64,000 nt of DNA from Squalus acanthias (taxonomy: Eukaryota), in assembly GCA_030390025.1 (NCBI GenBank), contig CM059438.1, forward strand, positions 64,048,001 to 64,112,000. Direction: 5' to 3'. Made by a program: the position numbers and the translations under genes. Positions 1 to 13,275 of the stretch are shown in pieces. How positions within the stretch are numbered: the stretch's first letter is position 1; every line of letters starts with the position of its first letter. The notes under the pieces were generated by a model. It worked only from the letters and a program-made list of their open reading frames with translations, did not search any database and was not told the origin of the DNA.

Positions 1-240
1 AAACATACAAACAATGACGGACAGGAAAAGACCCTCTGGTCCATCCAGCCTGTCCCACACAATAGTGATACCTTGCGTATCACAATATATGCACTTCCCC
101 ACCCCGCCCGAAACCATGTGATGTCTTGGGAGAGGCGAAAAAACAGGTAAAAACCCAGGCCAATTTGAGGGAAAAAATCTGGGAAATTCGGCTCCGACCC
201 CCCCCCGCCAGGTGATCAAAACTAGTCCAGGGGATCAGTA
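1..240 (-). mobile_element. Retroposon (CR1-type LINE/SINE) 3' end fragment
   Basis: Reverse complement of 1-55 (CAGGCTGGATGGACCAGAGGGTCTTTTCCTG...) matches the plus-strand repeat at ~1400-1440 and ends in a short simple-repeat tail. Family assignment is by resemblance only. Confidence 0.45.
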
Positions 241-1359
241 TGAAATGGTTCCATCTGCAAGAGGAATTAGATCAGTTACTTAACTGGGCAGGTTACCTAT
301 GCTTTGAACACCAGGCTGTCCGCTGAAACTCACTGTCCTGCCAAACAAGCACAGGCACATTCATAATAAGGCTACTTGAATGTGTGTGTGTGTGAGTGTG
401 TGTGCGTTGATGCCTGGAGTTTTGGAGGAAAACCCAAGCACAGTGGATGTGTAAAGCATGACTTGGTTGGCTTATGCAAGACAGCTTCATTTAATATGCC
501 AGTCAGCTAATGTTCTTGTCAGCTAAGTACATATAGAAGAGGCACAGGGGACTGAACTAGTAGAAAGATAAATGATTACCATCGACCTTGAGGACCACCC
601 AGTGGCTGTGTTACGTTTGTAGTCTTGGATGGTCGTATTGACACTTGACTATTAACTTCAATTGGAACTGCTGATATTGAAGGAAGCAATGAGGAGCCAG
701 TGCTTGAGTATGACATGTAATTGATTTTATTGATCTGTTTTCTTACAATATGCAGTTTTTTTTTAAAAAGGAGAAAGAAATCTATGTGGAGAGGGGCTCC
801 TTTGTGCATTACCTGTCACAAAATTGTTGTTCCATTTTGAGAAGAACTAACTTGTAATTGGCGTGTCAATGTGAAAATGTTTTCAGTTGTATTCTCATAT
901 CAGATATTTTAAAAGTATGGTTCATCAAAGAGATGCTTCGATATAAGTCAAAATTAAGTGCGGCAAGGCAAGTATTAACTAAAAAAACCCCAAAAAATCC
1001 ATACTCCCTTTGCGATTTATCTATGCAAATTGCTGATAATTGTGCACACACAGGCACACAACTAGAGAGAGCCCTAAAAATGTGCACAATTTAATATTCG
1101 CCCAGATTTTGCTGACAAAATAATGGGAAGTTTAATGGCGTTCGCCGTTATCCATGTGCAAGTCGCCCAGCAACTTGTGGTGAGGAAGAGATACCCCATG
1201 AATTGCGAATCGCCACAAATTGCCTGCCGTTAGCCTCGTACAACCGGGATCTCGGCGTGTGTGGTGCCGCAAATACGAATGAAACTCGCCGCAGAAGGTT
1301 AGGGCTGCTATTTCACGGTGTAAGGGGTACGGGGGGTGGGGGGTGGAAGGGAGAGTGAG

Positions 1360-1465
1360 GAAGTGTTTAGTCATAATGCTCCAGCCATCATGAGCGTGGG
1401 GCAGGCTTGATGGACCAGCAGGTCTTTTCCTGCATATCATTTTCATATGTTTGTGCATTCATACG
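1360..1465 (+). mobile_element. Retroposon 3' end, same family as 1-240
   Basis: CAGGCTTGATGGACCAGCAGGTCTTTTCCTG is shared with the reverse complement of the window start. Confidence 0.4.
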
Positions 1466-1581
1466 TAGCATGGTATAGTAATCTTCAGGTACCTGCTCGA
1501 CCATCAGTTAATTATACGAATCTTGTTGCACCAAGTAAGAAACAAAGGACTATTTAGCTGTGTTATGCAAATGCATGATAC

Positions 1582-2526
1582 TTCTTCTTCTTCTTCTTCT
1601 TAGGCAGTCCCTCGGAACCGAGAATGACTTGCTTCCACACTAAAAATGAGTTCTCAGGTGACTGATGAGTCCAATGCGGGACCTACAGTCTCTGTCACAG
1701 GTGGGGTAGACGGTGGTTGAAGGGGAAGATGGGTGGGGTGCTTGGGTTGACGTGCGCTCATCTGCTGTTTGCGCTTGGCTTCCGCTTGCTCCCGGCGAAG
1801 AGACTCGAGGTGTTCGGCGCCTTCCCGGATGCTTCTCCTCCACTTTGTGCGGTCTTGGGCCAGGGATTCCCAGGTGTCGGTGGGGATGTTGCACTTTTTC
1901 AAGGAGGCTTTGAGGGTGTCCTTGAAGCGTTTCGTCTGCCCACCTGGGGCTCTCTTGCCATGCCAGAGCTCTGAGTAGAGCGCTTGTTTTGGAAGTTTCG
2001 TATCGGGCATGCGGACGATGTGACCCGTCTATCGGAGCTGATCGAGCGTGGTCAAAGCTTCAATGCTGGGGATGTTGGCCTGAGCGAGAACACTGACGTT
2101 GGTGCGCCTATCCTGCCAATGGATTTGCAGGATCTCGCGGAGGCAGCGTTGGTGGTACCTCTCCAGTGCTTTGAGGTGCCTGCTGTACATGTCCATGTCT
2201 CTGAGGCATACAGGAGGGCGGGTATCACTACTGCTCTGTAGACCATGAGCTTAGTGCTGGGTTTGAGCTCCTGGTCTTCAAACACTCTCTTCCTCAGGTG
2301 ACCGAAGGCTGCACTGGCACACTGAAGGCGGTGTTGGACTTCGTCATCGACGTCTGCCCTTGTTGACAGTAGGCTCCCGAGGTATGGAAAGTGGTCCACA
2401 TTGTCCAAGACCTTGTCGTGGATGTTGATAATTGGGAGGCAGTACTGTGTGGCGGGGGCAGGTTGGTAGAGGACCTCTGTCTTACGGATGTTTAGTGTAA
2501 GGCCCATGCTCTTGTACGCTTCGGTG
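1582..2526 (-). mobile_element. 5'-truncated RTE-clade LINE with (AAG)n tail and 13-bp TSD
   Basis: ORFs 2052-2534 and 1654-2010 encode an RTE-type RT C-terminus (GLTLNIRKTEVL, HFPYLGS, LPKQALYSEL, CDRDCRSRIGLISH), broken by frameshift. (CTT)n tail at 1581-1600. TSD AAATGCATGATAC at 1569-1581 and 2527-2539. Confidence 0.9.
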
Positions 2527-4164
2527 AAATGCATGATACAAGGATATGATGTACCACCGATATCTTCTTTGCCTGATGGCGCACATCAGCAACTTCCACT
2601 TGCATTGTGAGGAATGAGGGCAACCGCATATTGGCACTCACTGATCTCAGAACAAACTCTAGTGTGGTAGCAGAGATGGAATCTCTTGCAAACAGGACGT
2701 GCATTCTGTTCTACCACGAGTTGCAATCAGGCAAATGAGATAATGGATGCATAATATACGCGGACTACAGTTTTAAGATGACTATCGAGCTATAATGGCT
2801 GAATCACTAGCAGTATGCTGTCTTCATAATGAATGGTAGGCAATTACGCCAACATGAATCATTTGAATTTTCAGTTGAAATGTTGAATTAATCGCAACAG
2901 GTTGTGCAGAATTGAACTGCGAAAACCATTAATGTCACTAGTTTTCAGATCACAGAGAGAAATTGGCACATTAACTGAACTTTCATTATTAACTCTCTGC
3001 CACAGGAGGGTCATTTGTTCCTCAGGATTTCTCTTAATGCCTCACTGATAGCTGTTCTTGTACTCCATCAATTTATTTTCTTCCTATCTCCTTAATACAG
3101 TAAAACCCAACTAAAATGAAGCGATAACTTTAGTGTACGAGCTAATAAATGGGGAGCTGTGTTAATTGTATTAAACTTCTGCTGTCAGTTGTGGAGCTTA
3201 TCTTGTCAGAAGCGAAATAAATTGCAAGGCCACTACAGGAAAGTAAAGTGCAATATTAAGGGGAAGATTTCCACAACACAGTATCGAATTTTGTTGTGTC
3301 CTGACCCTGTTTTATCTTCCTCAACATCGCGCACATGATTCCATATCAACACAATGTGAGTATACTGGACTCTTTTTGTAAGATTGTCTTCACAGGGCAC
3401 TGGTGCTGGGAGAATCAGCATATATTTCCACAGAATGGTGAGATGTGAATTGACCTTTTTGTGATCCCCTCAATTGGTAAACTCTTGCTTTCATAGGACC
3501 AGGAGTAGGCCATTCAGCCCCTCAAGCCTGTTCCACCATTCAATTAGATCAAGGCTTATCTTTCAGCTAACCCCTCAGTAGATATCAAATACAGGCTGGC
3601 TGCTTCCCCACAAGGGGGGGGGGGCGGTGTGTTAGCGGGCGGGGGGGTGGGGGAGCGGGGTGGGTGTAGTGGCAGGTGGGGTGGGGGGAGAATTGGAAGT
3701 GCATGATAATGACTGACAACTTTTGTCTACTATTTAAGCGGTTTTCGGAAGAGCTGAGTTGGCAACGGTCTTGGAATAGGCCATAGAATCATTAACTTGA
3801 CCATGAAAATTAAACTCTGCTTAAGCTGACCTAACGAAAGGAACATAAGTTTTCTTTTTTTTAATTAAAAATTCTCTTTGGGAGTCATCGACTGTTTCAA
3901 AGTTGAAGGTGCGTCGATGAAGACACTTTATGATTTATGCATTGGAGCGGGAGATGTAAGGAATTCAAGTTAGGGTTAGCTATTAAGTGTAATTTAAAAA
4001 AAATATTATTTGTACTTGGGATGTGGGCAATGCTGGCAAGGCAGCATTTATTACCCACTCTGGTGGCCCTGTAGTGACTGCTCATACAACTGAGTGGCTC
4101 GCTAGGCCACTTCAGAGGACATTATGTGTTAACCATGTAGGTTAGGCCTCAGATGGAATAAGCA

Positions 4165-4530
4165 ACACACTTCAGGAAAGATGTCAAGGCCTTGGAGAGG
4201 GTGCAGAGGAGATTTACCCTGAATGTCACCAGGGATGAGGGACTTCAGTTACGTGGAGAGACTAGAGAAGCTACGGTTGTTCTCCTTAGATCAGAGGAGG
4301 TTAAGGGGAGATTTAATAGAGGTGTTCAAAATCATGAAGGGTTTTGATAGAGTAGATAGGGAGAAATGTTTTCCATTGGCAGAAGAAGTCAGTAACCAGA
4401 GGACACAGCTACCGAGGAAACAGAGGGCTATGAGGAAAGACAGTGGAGTGGGACTAATTGAGTGGTTATTTCAAAGGGCCAGCATAGGCACGATGGGCTG
4501 AATGGCCTCCTTCTGTGCTGTAAGATTTTA
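4165..4530 (+). mobile_element. CR1 LINE 3' fragment
   Basis: ORF 4223-4501 (SYVERLEKLRLFSLDQRRLRGDLIEVFKIMKG); CR1 3' terminus GGGCTGAATGGCCTCCTTCTGTGCTGTAA. Confidence 0.85.
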
Positions 4531-5026
4531 TTATTCTGGTGTGGACACGAGTCATATGTAGGCCAGACTAGCTGGCAGTGACAGTGTCCCTTCCTTGTAG
4601 AGATAGTTGGATTTGCATGACAATCTGGCAGCTGACACATGGTTTCTGGTACCAACCCATAGATTCCCCAGAGTTATTGAATTCAGTTTTACAGCCTGCC
4701 AAGCTGGGAGTGAACCTGCTGACCAATGGGTTGCTAACCCAGTACCATAACCGCTACACCACCGTACCGATGAGTTTATGCTTCAGCCTGCAGCAGAAAG
4801 GTCCGTTCAGTACAACTGCTGAATTTACCTTCATTCCATTCTAACTGTTGTAAAGGTAAGTTTGAGCTGCCCCAAGCCTATTAACAAAGGCTCAGTGTTA
4901 GCAGACGGTTAGGGTGGGAGTTCTCTGTAGACACAGATTACCCTCACAAAAAGTCTCTGAAAAGAAAGTGCTTCCATACAGCCTGCTATAAGTATAAAAA
5001 ATTCCAACTCCTTTTTTAGACTGTAG

Positions 5027-6812
5027 GGGGGGAATTTTTTTTTTTTGGGGGGGGGTTCAGCGGGGGCGTTTAGAGGCAGGTCGGCTGGGGACATTTTTTT
5101 TTGACAGCCGGTAGGGAACCCGCTCTCAACTCGCCTCCACGCTAGTCTCCCAGATGTCGGGTCTGTCATCGCTGAACAGGCCCGACACCAAGCGGCGGGG
5201 GAGGCAATTTATATCATTAGAGAGATTGTTAAGAGGCAATTAACTCGTATTTTATGCTCACCTTTAGATTTTTAGAGTTCGCCGACAGCTTCCCCGCTGC
5301 TCGGGGATCACGTCAGGTAAGGAGGTCGGGTGTTGTGTCAGCATGGGATGATTTCTTTACTTGACAGCTGCAAATGGTCTATAAAAGCTCCCACTTCATA
5401 GGTGTTCACCTTCTAAGATTAGAAGTTGTTACTTACTGCATTTGGAAGACAGATTGAGCTTTCTGCAGCTTGCAAGTGTTTGGAGCTAACTCTCTATCCA
5501 GTGTCACATCATTGGAACAACCTATCTCACCATTGACAGATCGCTTCTGTCATCTCAACCTCACCTGCCATCTACTCCATCAGCATCATTGAAACTATCT
5601 CACCTTGGTCCTCAGAATCCCAGCACGATCAGCCCCAACACCAGCAGCACCAGGCACACCAGCAGCACCAACAACAACAGCAACCTTCTCTGCAGTCACC
5701 TGGTGCTGCACAGGACACAGGGCATCAGCACCTGAGCACATTGCTGCCGGGAGGCCAGGGATGGTCTCACCATGGCCAGATTAACTTCACTTGACGCTGT
5801 ACACCCTGGCTGCCACATGATGCGCCAGGTTGGCGCCACCCCCCAGCACCATAAAGCATCCCTACAATGCCCAAGCCATTCCTTTCACACTCATCACCAT
5901 TGTGGGGAGTACGTTATGTCTCACTATTCACTGCAACTGACTAAGCCACTTACAAAGGTGCACACAAATCTGTCCAAGAACGCAAAGTGTTGAAAATGGA
6001 GATTTCAATGTTTGACAGCACATTAACAGAAATTTCACATGAACATTGGCTAAAACACCCAAGTGCCTACCCTTGTGTGTTGTTAGTTGGTATGATTGGA
6101 CTAGGATGAGGGTGAGTGTGAGGGGTGGTTAGTGAGATGGGGAAGTGATAATGTAGATAGAGAGGGATGGGTGGAGGTGCAAGGTAAGTTGGTATGAGTA
6201 AGGATGTGCAGGAGTAGGGTAGGGAAGGCAGAGTTATGGGGATGCGATGAATGGCACAGCAGGATGAGGTTGAGTGTGGCTTTGCAGTAACGTTTTGTGA
6301 TCTACTGAGATTATTGAAAGGTTTGTGCCACTGCAGTCTGGTCCTCCTGATGACATCCCTGCTTGTGCCCTCCTCTGCAATGTGCAACCAGGCTGCGTTG
6401 ATCTCCTGGGGAGGTCTCTTCCACCCATTGGAAGGGAAGAGGACATCCCTGCGTACTGTGACTCCCTCCATAAGCATATGGAGGGAGTCATGGGAGAGCC
6501 TGGGTGCAGCTGTGCACCTCTGTGCAGTGCTTGTAAGTGTTTGCAGCACCTCAATGCTGTAGAGCACTGACAGCAGAAATGTCAAAATAAATTTGCACAT
6601 GGTCCCTTTAAGGAAACCGCCTGATGACGCGTCATCAAGTGATGTCATCAGACCCGCTTCCTTCAATTGGCCGGCAAACGCGCTGGGCGGGCATAACAAG
6701 CCCAATCAGCGTAAAATTATTTTCACAGAGCGGGATGGAGCCAGCAGTGGGCTCGCACCCAGCCACCGACCCCGACCTGCCCCGACCCGTCTCAGTAGGT
6801 GAAATCACGGCC
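5027..6812. mobile_element. Decayed, internally deleted PIF/Harbinger transposon (different subfamily from the intact copies)
   Basis: GGGGGGAATTTT left end and GAAATCACGGCC right end, flanked by TAG and TAC. Contains a minus-strand Myb/SANT-like remnant. Confidence 0.65.
6290..6520 (-). pseudogene. Harbinger Myb/SANT-like DNA-binding domain remnant
   Basis: APRLSHDSLHMLMEGVTVRRDVLFPSNGWKRPPQEINAAWLHIAEE...RRTRLQWHKPFNNL aligns by eye to AHRFTERALDALVGAVERRRCMLFPESGRRPLPREFRRVWREVAQS...PRTHVQCRKKFNDL of the intact element. Confidence 0.75.
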
Positions 6813-7100
6813 TACGTAAAGGAATGTAATCATATGTTTATCTGGCCACCATCCATCTTCAGGAGCTGAGAGCTGGGCTAAGGGAGTTCAGTAATCTGCA
6901 ATGAGCAACTGTCTTGAAGTGAAAAAGTTCATTCCAGAATTAATACTTCTTTAAAATGAGAACTTGTGTGAGAAGGTACTGAATATGGCATTGACGATTG
7001 TACATAAGCAAAATACTGCAGATGCTGGAAATCTGGAATAGAAACAGAAAATGCTGGAAACACTCAGTAGGTCAGGCAGCATCTGTGGAGAGAGAAACAG

Positions 7101-7137
7101 AGTTAACGTTTCAGGTTGATGACCTTTTGTCAGAACT
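7101..7137 (-). ncRNA. Minimal type I hammerhead ribozyme motif (core variant CUGACAA)
   Basis: AGTT-CTGACAA-A-AGGT(CATCA)ACCT-GAAA-CG-TT-AACT. Confidence 0.55.
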
Positions 7138-7632
7138 GGAAAAAGTTAGAGATGTAACAGATTTCAAGCAGGTGCAGAGGCAGGGAACGGACCCCAAGCT
7201 TCCGGTCGCCTGTCACTTTAATTCTCCGCTCTACTCCCACTCTGACCTCTCTGAACTCAGCCTTCCAAACTGTTCCAACGAAGCTCAATGTAAGCTCGAG
7301 GAACTGCACCTCAAGTTTCGATTAGGCACTTTGCAGCCTTCTGGACTCAACATCGAGTTCAACAATTTCAGACTATAACCTCTGCCCCTATTTTTTCACA
7401 TGGCAGCTGTTGATGATTCTGCCATTCCCATTTACACCTCTTCTTGACTCATCTTTTGTCGATTTACTTGTCCCATTACCATCTCCTTTTGTCTTGTACT
7501 ATTATCCCTTTTGTCATTTAATCTCTCCTGCCTTCCACCCTATCACAGACCTTCCCTTTTGTTCTTTCCTCCCCTCCCCCCTCTCCCTGCCTCTGCACCT
7601 TCTTAAAACCTGTTACATCTCTAACTTTATCC

Positions 7633-7669
7633 AGTTCGGACGAAAGGTCATCGATCTGAAACGTTAACT
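7633..7669 (+). ncRNA. Minimal type I hammerhead ribozyme motif (degenerate core CGGACGA)
   Basis: AGTT-CGGACGA-A-AGGT(CATCG)ATCT-GAAA-CG-TT-AACT. Confidence 0.5.
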
Positions 7670-8386
7670 CTGTTTCTCTCTCTCCACGGATGCTGCCTGA
7701 CCTGCTGAGTGTTTCCAGCATTTTCTGTTTCTAGTATTGATGATTGTGTGTTTGTGATGCTTCCCTCCCTTCCTCAGCTCTGTCAAGGTGGTTGCAACCG
7801 GCCATGATCAGCTGCCACAACGCAGGGGTTAGCGCTGGTTTTCTAACGGTACAAAAGTTTTCCATTCACTGAAATTCTAGGTTCAGATCAGCTGCAGGAG
7901 TGTGAACTAACCTTATCTATTCGACATGGCTTATTGTTTGAAATTCACGTTGGAAACTGAAAGAATCGTTTTGTTATATGTTTGAATCCTAGTAATTACG
8001 TGACTGGTTTGTCAAGAAATATTGTACTTGTGTCAGGATTTCTGTAAAACCACAGGTTAAAATAGCTTGTTATCGCAGTTTGATGCCAGAGGCCATCTTG
8101 AGCAATTCTCTTTCAACAAAAACTTGTTTACACAAATATAACAGAATAGAATTTCATCGCAAAGAAAGCATCTGCTCCTATGATGGCTCTCTGAAAAGGT
8201 TACGTACTCAGTCCCATTTCTTTAACCTTTCCCCATGCCCATCTAAATTTTTATTTTCCATATATTGATGCATTTCACAGTGCACTTTGGGCATGTAAAT
8301 CGCAAATGAATTTTAATATAGTTAAGTGTGAGTTTGTGCATTTTGGTAGGAGGAATAAGCAGGCCACATACTCCTTGGAAAATAAA

Positions 8387-9242
8387 GGGGGGGAATTTTA
8401 ACCCTAAAAAACAGGTGGGTCGGGGTCAGGTGGGAGGTTAAAGAGATAAAAATCTGAATCCCCACCTCAACCCTCCCACTTCCGGTTTTAACGGAGACGG
8501 GACCGGGGGTTGGGGGAGGGGCGGCGGGCAGCAAACCCACTCGCAGGTTGGCACTTTAAATATTATAATGAGGCTCCGTGCCGCATGGTGATCCACCATT
8601 TTAAATCTAACTCCTGGCTGGTCAGGTTTCCACTTGTGGGGGAGTCGAAAACTAGGGGCCATAAATATAAAATAGTCAGTAATAAATCCAATAAAGAATT
8701 CAGAAGAAACTTCTTTACCCAGAGAGTGATGAGAATGTGGAACTTGCTACCACAAGGAGTAGTTGAAGCGAATAGTATAGATGCCTTTAAGGAGAAGCTA
8801 GATAAGTACATGAGGGAGAAACAATAGGAGGATATGCAGTTAGAGTGAGATGAAGTAGGGTGGGAGGAGGCTCGTGTGGAGCATAAACACCAGCACAGAC
8901 CAGTTGGGCTGAATGGCCTGTTTCTGTGCTGTAAATTTTATGTAATTCTATGTTATTTCTTTTAAAAGCCCTGTGCCGACCCCTACCCCCTCCCCTGCAC
9001 TACCCCAGACCGACCCCTCGCATCTGCAGGTCTACCCGCCCGCGGCCAGCTAGCCTCTCAATCTGGCTGGCTGCGGGCGGGAATCCGAGGCCTCACATGC
9101 AAATCAGGCCCTGCATTTAAAGGTGGCAGGGCCTGCGGGCAACCCGGCCTCCCGAGTTCCCCGCCCTCCTCGGAGGCCCCCCCCACCCCCCCCCCGTCCC
9201 TCCTCACCCCCGCAACCTGCCTCCCTGGAGAAAATTCCGGCC
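8387..9242. mobile_element. Harbinger-type MITE with an internal CR1 fragment
   Basis: GGGGGGGAATTTT...AAAATTCCGGCC ends. Arms resemble the 42176-42993 MITE in reverse orientation. Confidence 0.6.
8625..8955 (+). mobile_element. CR1 LINE 3' fragment
   Basis: ESKTRGHKYKI...RRNFFTQRVMRMWNLLP; CR1 3' UTR terminus. Confidence 0.85.
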
Positions 9243-9244
9243 GT

Positions 9245-9525
9245 AGACGATAGTGTCAGGCTGAGACGGAGACGGGTCAAGTTACGGAGGTGGAACTCGG
9301 AGGTCTCTGTGATGGAGAGGATACGGTTTCAGAAAGTCAACTCGGGATTTAATTGGACGCTGAGATTGCGAACAGTCTGGTTCGGCCTGGGACAGTGGTG
9401 GGGTAGAGGGATAGAATTGTTGGAGAGGGTATGGAGTTTGTGGCGGAGGGCTAAATACAACAGCTCTGTCTTCCCCAAGTTCAACTGGAGGAAATTGCGG
9501 CTCATCCAAGACTGGATGCCAGACA
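9245..9525 (-). mobile_element. L2 LINE RT fragment
   Basis: CLSGIQSWMSRNFLQLNLGKTELL...VRNLSVQLNPELTF is typical of L2. Confidence 0.8.
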
Positions 9526-11267
9526 GGCAAACTTCAGCCAAAATATGTTGTACTAAAATGTTTATATTGCAAATTCAAATTTGCCGATTGTCTTTTGGAT
9601 GCTACTAATTTTAACTTTCTACGGTCATTGCACACCTCCAGAGAGAATGCAATTTCATTGACAAAATCCTACCAATCACTGCTGCTGTTTACCTTTTAGT
9701 TTATGACACCTCAATGAGAGAATAAAAACAAATTGTTTAAATGAATAATTTAATAACTAAATATTCCCATTTATAAAAGACTGGGGAGGTACTAATGTAA
9801 TTATTGTTAGCTATTTACTGTGGAGCATAAAGTCTTTAAGGCCAAACTGCATATTGTTTCATTAACTATAATTTTTAATTATTAAGACACTTGGCGAAGA
9901 TTGCCAATATTAATTAGATGGCTGCGGTCATTCAGTCAACATCTCTGGGGTAAATTATATTCTAGTTCCATATCAGAGTTATTGGAAAAATAATTAGGAA
10001 GTACAAAAAAATCAAATTAGGAAAAAATAATTAAGTAATAATTCACTTTTATCTGTGATGCAGTATTATTCCACAAGAATTGCCGCGAATTTATTGCAGT
10101 GAGATTAATGAACCGTCAAAGGCCAAACAGCAGTCAGTGCTTTGTTCCATGTTATGATATTTTATTCAATCTCTCCGTACAATCTCCCTTGGGCACCCCT
10201 GATGGCACAGACGTGTTCACCCCTCGACATTCAGTCAGTGCCACCCACAATGCTATCACCACGCTAGATTTGAATTATCCTTCTATGGCTTAGATCTGAT
10301 CCATTCTGTGTTTCATGTTCCTGTTCAAGTGAAGCACTCGGGATTGCGCTGGGGGGTTATGTCAGTAAGGCAGCACCTCGCATGACTTGAGTATGAATAA
10401 CAGCAGTATCGGAATAATTCTAATTTGCCTGGCTCAGTACCAAACCATGCAACGGGTTTACCTATTAAGTCAACAGAGGAGCCCTCCTGTTTAACTCCTG
10501 TAGGAGAAGTGTCTTAATGCTAAAAAATAATTATGGAATTCTCTCTAATGCGGCATGATTTAGAATATGAAGTTTTGAGGTGCATAAATTTTGGTATAAT
10601 TAGTTGAATTTCGTAATTTATGTTAAGTATTAAATGGTAAGGTTGTTCGGTTATATAGCTGTAATCTTGGATGTGACCCCATTCTCAGTATTATTTCTGA
10701 ATCTTTAGCAAATCATTAGATTTTACCAATGACATTAACACCACACAATTGAATCATTAAAAAGTAAATTGCTTTTTTTAAATATACATTTTCCTGCCGT
10801 TCCTCCTACGCCCGCACAATCCCCTTTCGACTTCCTCCTTAGTTCTGCAAGAAGAGATAGCAAATCGACCGAGCCCTGAGTTTCTCCACAATTCACTTCC
10901 CCACTGATGCTCCATGGAGACGATTAGGACCAGCGGAGGTTTGCCTTAGACTTGTGTGGCTGCTTGTGTCCCAATCTCCTGCCTCCTCTTGGAGTCCCCA
11001 GACTGTTACTGTCAAATGTAACCACAGCTGCCTTGTCTCTGTCTGATGTGGGGCACTGTCAGTTAAACATGCATTGTTTCATTCAGGATTACTGATATTA
11101 GTATTTTTTTTTAATTTGAAGGTTAGAAAAATATATTTCTTTGCTTTTTTAAAAAATAAACCTCGATTTAAAATGTTCTCCCTCCAGCAATGACTGGGTG
11201 ATTCGATCGCTAGAGACCAGGGGTTGAAATTCGACTGAGTATATTGATTAGTGCGACGGTTAACGTG

Positions 11268-12889
11268 TGTAGAATTCGCAATATATCGCGATTTTATTAA
11301 TAAGGAGAAAACACAGAGTTTCGTTCAAACAGCTTTTATTTCAGCAGAATGCTGACAGGTTTAAAGTGGACACAAGCAGCCTGTAAAATGGCCGCCGCAC
11401 CTCGTGACAGAACATTCTAGACTTTTCAACAGGCAGACAAGATGGCGTTCCAATAAACATTTGTGCAAGATCGATTAAGAGTCAGCACAGTGAAGATAAT
11501 ACACGAGACATTATGGGTTTGCAGTATACACATAGATACTGAAATCGGTCTCCCAGGTACAAAGGAAAGCCATTGTACCGAGTAATCAAGGGCCCATCCA
11601 AAAGACATTAATATGTAAAATCCCAACGACTCTACGATGAGAGAGCCGTTAGCAGGTAGTTATACAGGACACTTGGAAGCCCCAAACCCCTCCAGGGAGA
11701 ACACCGACCGATTTAACAATGGGAGAAATATTAACAGGTACTCAGACATTTACGAGTAGCCCCGAAACCCATTAAGAACGGAGATCACCCATACAAGACA
11801 TTTGAGCGCCAGACCTTAAACAAAAGAATGGACATTATAGTTGGGCGGGAAACGGAAGATTTTGCACTATAATTGCAGGCTCCAAACCGTCCATCTTTCT
11901 CTTGCTGCTCTTATCATCGTGGCTGCTCCTGCGTACTCGTAGTTGGGCTTCTGCTTGCCTGTTGCCTCTTCTGAAAAGACTGTTGAACTTTCTGATCCGT
12001 TCGGATCTACCTCGTGTCGTGTAACGAAGACCTATATTGGTAACCGGTATCGGAACCAAAAGGCCCGAGAAGAGATGAGATGAGATGAGATGAGAAGAGA
12101 GGAAGACCATATCCATCGCCACGGTCAGTGAATCCCGACCGCGCCTGTAGGTCGATTAGCCAAGTTTTCCTCGCCAGGAAGACTTCTTCGAACTTATAAC
12201 GAAACATATTGCATCGATGATAACTGGACTGTGCCCAAAGTAACTGGAATGTGAAAGCCACCAATACAGATCTTCATCACAGCAGACGTTCCAGCCTGCT
12301 AGCCGGAGCAGCAGAAGCAAGTAAACAAGTGGGACCAGGAGATCTCCTGACCGACACGTGGGTGCTGCGGTGAAAAACATCCGATCAGCTATTCGGAATT
12401 TCTCCGAGTTATCACGAGTGGTGAGCATGAGTCTCGAGATCCTACGAATCTAGTTTAGGATAGATATTGATAGGGGAGGGTTTAAGGATTAAGGAGATTT
12501 GTAATGTGTGCCCCTATTTACTTTGTGCCGTTCGTTCCTCGTTTCCCTAAGATCGACTATATAACTGTTTGTAAGATTGTACTGTCATTAATCTGTGCTT
12601 ATGACATGTATTTCATAATTTTAAGTATCATGCAATAAAGATTTTCCATTTCGTACCATTCAAACCGAGTCTACATGAGTTTCATCTCCATTACTGCTCT
12701 CGCATCTAAGTCCAGTGTCTAGAACCGTAAGGGAGAGTGATTCGAACCACTCACAGGTGTGTCTAGTGTTCCCAGACTGGCTGGAGACCAGAACAGGCAA
12801 CAAGGCCTAGACCCGCACTGACATACAGGCTGCACAGAGCCGCGTGAATCTCACAGGCTGCGAGACACGCAGGGTCAGAATCCCTTACA
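11268..12889 (+). mobile_element. Solo LTR (1622 bp) of an endogenous retrovirus or LTR retrotransposon
   Basis: TGTA...TACA termini; 4-bp TSD CGTG at 11264-11267 and 12890-12893; TATAATTG at 11868; AATAAA at ~12634; CpG-rich relative to the flanks. Confidence 0.85.
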
Positions 12890-13275
12890 CGTGCTTGTGT
12901 AAAATTGCTGTGTGCTACTTTAATAAAATCATGAATCAATAGCTAGCCGAAATGTTGGCAAACCTCTGAGGTCCAACCCGGCCTCCTGTCTCATGCATGA
13001 CCCTGCTCCTGATATAAGTGTAGCTCCCACTCTCAGACCTGATCCCCACGTAGGAACATTAGGAACAGGAGTGGGCCATTCAGCCCCTCGGGCCTACTAA
13101 GAACATAAGAAATAGGAGCAGGAGTAGGCCATTTGGCACTTCGAGCCTGCTCCGCCATTCAATAAGATCATGACTGATCTTCTACCTCATCTCGTCTTTC
13201 CTGCACTATCCCCATATCCCTTGATTCCCTTAATATTCAAAAATCTATCGATCTCTGTCTTGAATATACTCGAAA

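Larger units (their letters stand above)
7002..7735 (+). mobile_element. Penelope-like element (truncated) with inverted pseudo-LTR
   Basis: GIY-YIG C-terminal peptide (LPVACHFNS...KLEELHLKFRLGTLQPSGLNIEF). 7030-7185 is the inverted repeat of 7580-7730. Flanking direct repeat ATTGAYGATTGT at 6990-7001 and 7736-7747. Confidence 0.85.

Noticed and set aside
11220..11231. Harbinger TIR-like GGGGTTGAAATT just before LTR-A
   Set aside because: No matching right end or TSD was found.
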